Assembly (NCBI GenBank): GCA_963514005.1 | Contig: OY740807.1 | Coordinates: forward strand, 34,906,001-34,970,000 | DNA length: 64,000 nucleotides | Reading direction: 5' to 3' | Source: Raja brachyura | Taxonomy: Eukaryota | Shown: in pieces, positions 62,433 to 64,000 of the stretch | Layout of the letters: every line of letters starts with the position of its first letter | Position numbering within the stretch: position 1 is the stretch's first letter | Notes under the pieces: model-generated | Databases searched by the model: none | Told to the model about the DNA's origin: nothing | What the model saw: only the letters and a program-made list of their open reading frames with translations | Translations under genes and position numbers: made by a program

Positions 62433-63255
62433 TTATTTGTAGCTCGAAGTGCAAATGGGGTAATCTATCTTAATCTATCTCAGTCTTCCGAGGCTCGATA
62501 TCTCAAAATATAGTCTTCAGCCAATTTGAGCCATTTCAAGATAAAGAAATGGCTCAGACTGTACACAGTATGTCTAGGTTTTGCCGTGCATGGGCATGTA
62601 ATATAAGTGCTGGCTGGCTCGAAGGGCCGAATGGCCTCCTCCTGCACCTATTTTCTATGTTTCTATAAGTGGATTTGCCGCAAATGGAAACTAATAATGT
62701 ACATAATCAAGGACGAGTCTCAACCCGATCACTCCCTCTTCTCCTCTCTCCCATCAGGAAAGAGGTACATAAGTGTGAAAAACACCTCCAGATTCAGTTT
62801 CTTCCCAGCTGTTATCAGGCAACTGAACCATCCTACCAACAATTAGAGAGTGGTCCTGAGCTACTATCTACCTCATTGAAGACCCTCGGAATATATTTAA
62901 TTGGACTTTATCTTGCACTAAACGTTATTCCATTTATCATGTATCCGTAACGGTGGGCGACTCAACTGTAATCATGAAGAGTCTTTCCGCTGACTGCTTA
63001 GATTGCAACAAAAAGCTTTTCCCTGAACCTCGGCACACATGATAATAAACTAAACCACTGCTGCCTATATGTTGGAGGGAAGGAGAACACTCGAATGTCA
63101 AATAACAATAGTTATATTAATTCAAACCTGCATAAAGTTGTAAGTTGCAGGATATGGAAACATTTTTCAGCATTTGCACTAACCCATATTTGCTTAATAC
63201 CTACAATTCATCCACTTGCACAACTACACCGACATGTAACTCAATGGACTATTAC

Positions 63256-63367
63256 CTGTCAGTACAGGAGAGGTGGCAGAAGTTGGTGATCCTGGAACAG
63301 GGATTTCAAAAGCACAAAGGTAACCATTTGCTGACAGCCGTACTTTCTGGTTATCCTGAGGAAAATT
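63256..63367 (-). CDS. USP32: USP32 exon: NFPQDNQKVRLSANGYLCAFEIPVPGSPTSATSPVLT(D)
   Basis: atatcag|AATTTTCCT...CTGACAG|gtaata; 112 nt, phase 0 to 1. Confidence 0.93.
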
Positions 63368-63777
63368 CTGATATAAAAAAAACAAAATTAATCATTGGAT
63401 ATGTTGTTGTTTGATTCACATTTCTATTAATTTTGACGACTGCCATTTTTTTAACTAGCAAAGACAGAAGTTGTGCATGTTCAATTAAAGTAATAATTGA
63501 ACATGCACAAATGAATTTGTAACTACTCTCCAGAATACACTTCTATGAAAGTGGAATTTATCCCATGAATTTCTCAAGTTGTCTTGCAATCAACTATAAT
63601 CAGTTGAAGGATGACATCCCAATTAGAGGTGCAAATTTTGAGAGGATTACATTAGGCACATTTAAATCTTAGTTTCAACTCATCAAGAAGCACAGACATT
63701 CTGTGAAGGAAATACACTACCAGTCTTTAGTGGAGCTGTACAATTGTATGACTGTTTCTGCCGAAGAGGATACTCAC

Positions 63778-63929
63778 TTTTATATTGGAACCATGAACCT
63801 CTCCCAGCAAGATCTGCTCCGATTTCTGTCCACACAAATCACTTAATTGTTTTTTTAAACCAGTATATTTCTCATCCACATTCAATCGTAAACCGTATCG
63901 GACTGGCGTTGAACCATCTAATTTGATAA
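63778..63929 (-). CDS. USP32: USP32 exon: (V)IKLDGSTPVRYGLRLNVDEKYTGLKKQLSDLCGQKSEQILLGEVHGSNIK
   Basis: tttcag|TTATCAAA...ATAAAA|gtgagt; 152 nt, phase 1 to 0; matches recalled vertebrate USP32. Confidence 0.93.
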
Positions 63930-64000
63930 CTGAAAAAGAGAAAATGGATTCTCATCACATCTGCATAACCTTTTGCCATTATTAAATAGTTAGCAGCATC

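Noticed and set aside
52515-64000. Intronic scaRNA/snoRNA (human USP32 hosts SCARNA20)
   Set aside because: No convincing H/ACA or C/D structure recognised by eye in these introns; the host intron may lie outside the window. An Infernal scan would settle it.

Overview
Vertebrate genomic DNA; the repeat complement (HE1/V-SINE-like SINEs, HER1/CR1 LINEs, Penelope-derived hairpins) points to a cartilaginous fish, probably a skate or ray. Two minus-strand genes lie head-to-tail. The right side holds the last 10 coding exons and a ~2 kb 3'UTR of USP32 (63929 down to ~50290). CRCP (RNA polymerase III subunit RPC9 / CGRP receptor component) follows: CpG-island promoter and exon 1 at ~46.1 kb, six coding exons down to the left edge, stop codon outside the window. 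The introns are dense with CR1, Rex1/Babar, Tx1 and RTE LINE remnants, tRNA-derived SINEs and non-autonomous DNA transposons. The most notable signals are: (i) a ~140-bp TSD-flanked short retroelement, in two copies, whose first 54 nt fold into a complete HDV-like ribozyme; (ii) many Penelope-type minimal hammerhead motifs in small TSD-flanked elements; (iii) 35-bp palindromic micro-elements with 8-bp TSDs clustered at the CRCP promoter; (iv) an inverted pair of ~1-kb elements bracketing CRCP exons 2-4, which total 231 nt and are frame-neutral. All calls were read by eye without database searches, and repeat boundaries are approximate unless a TSD is quoted.
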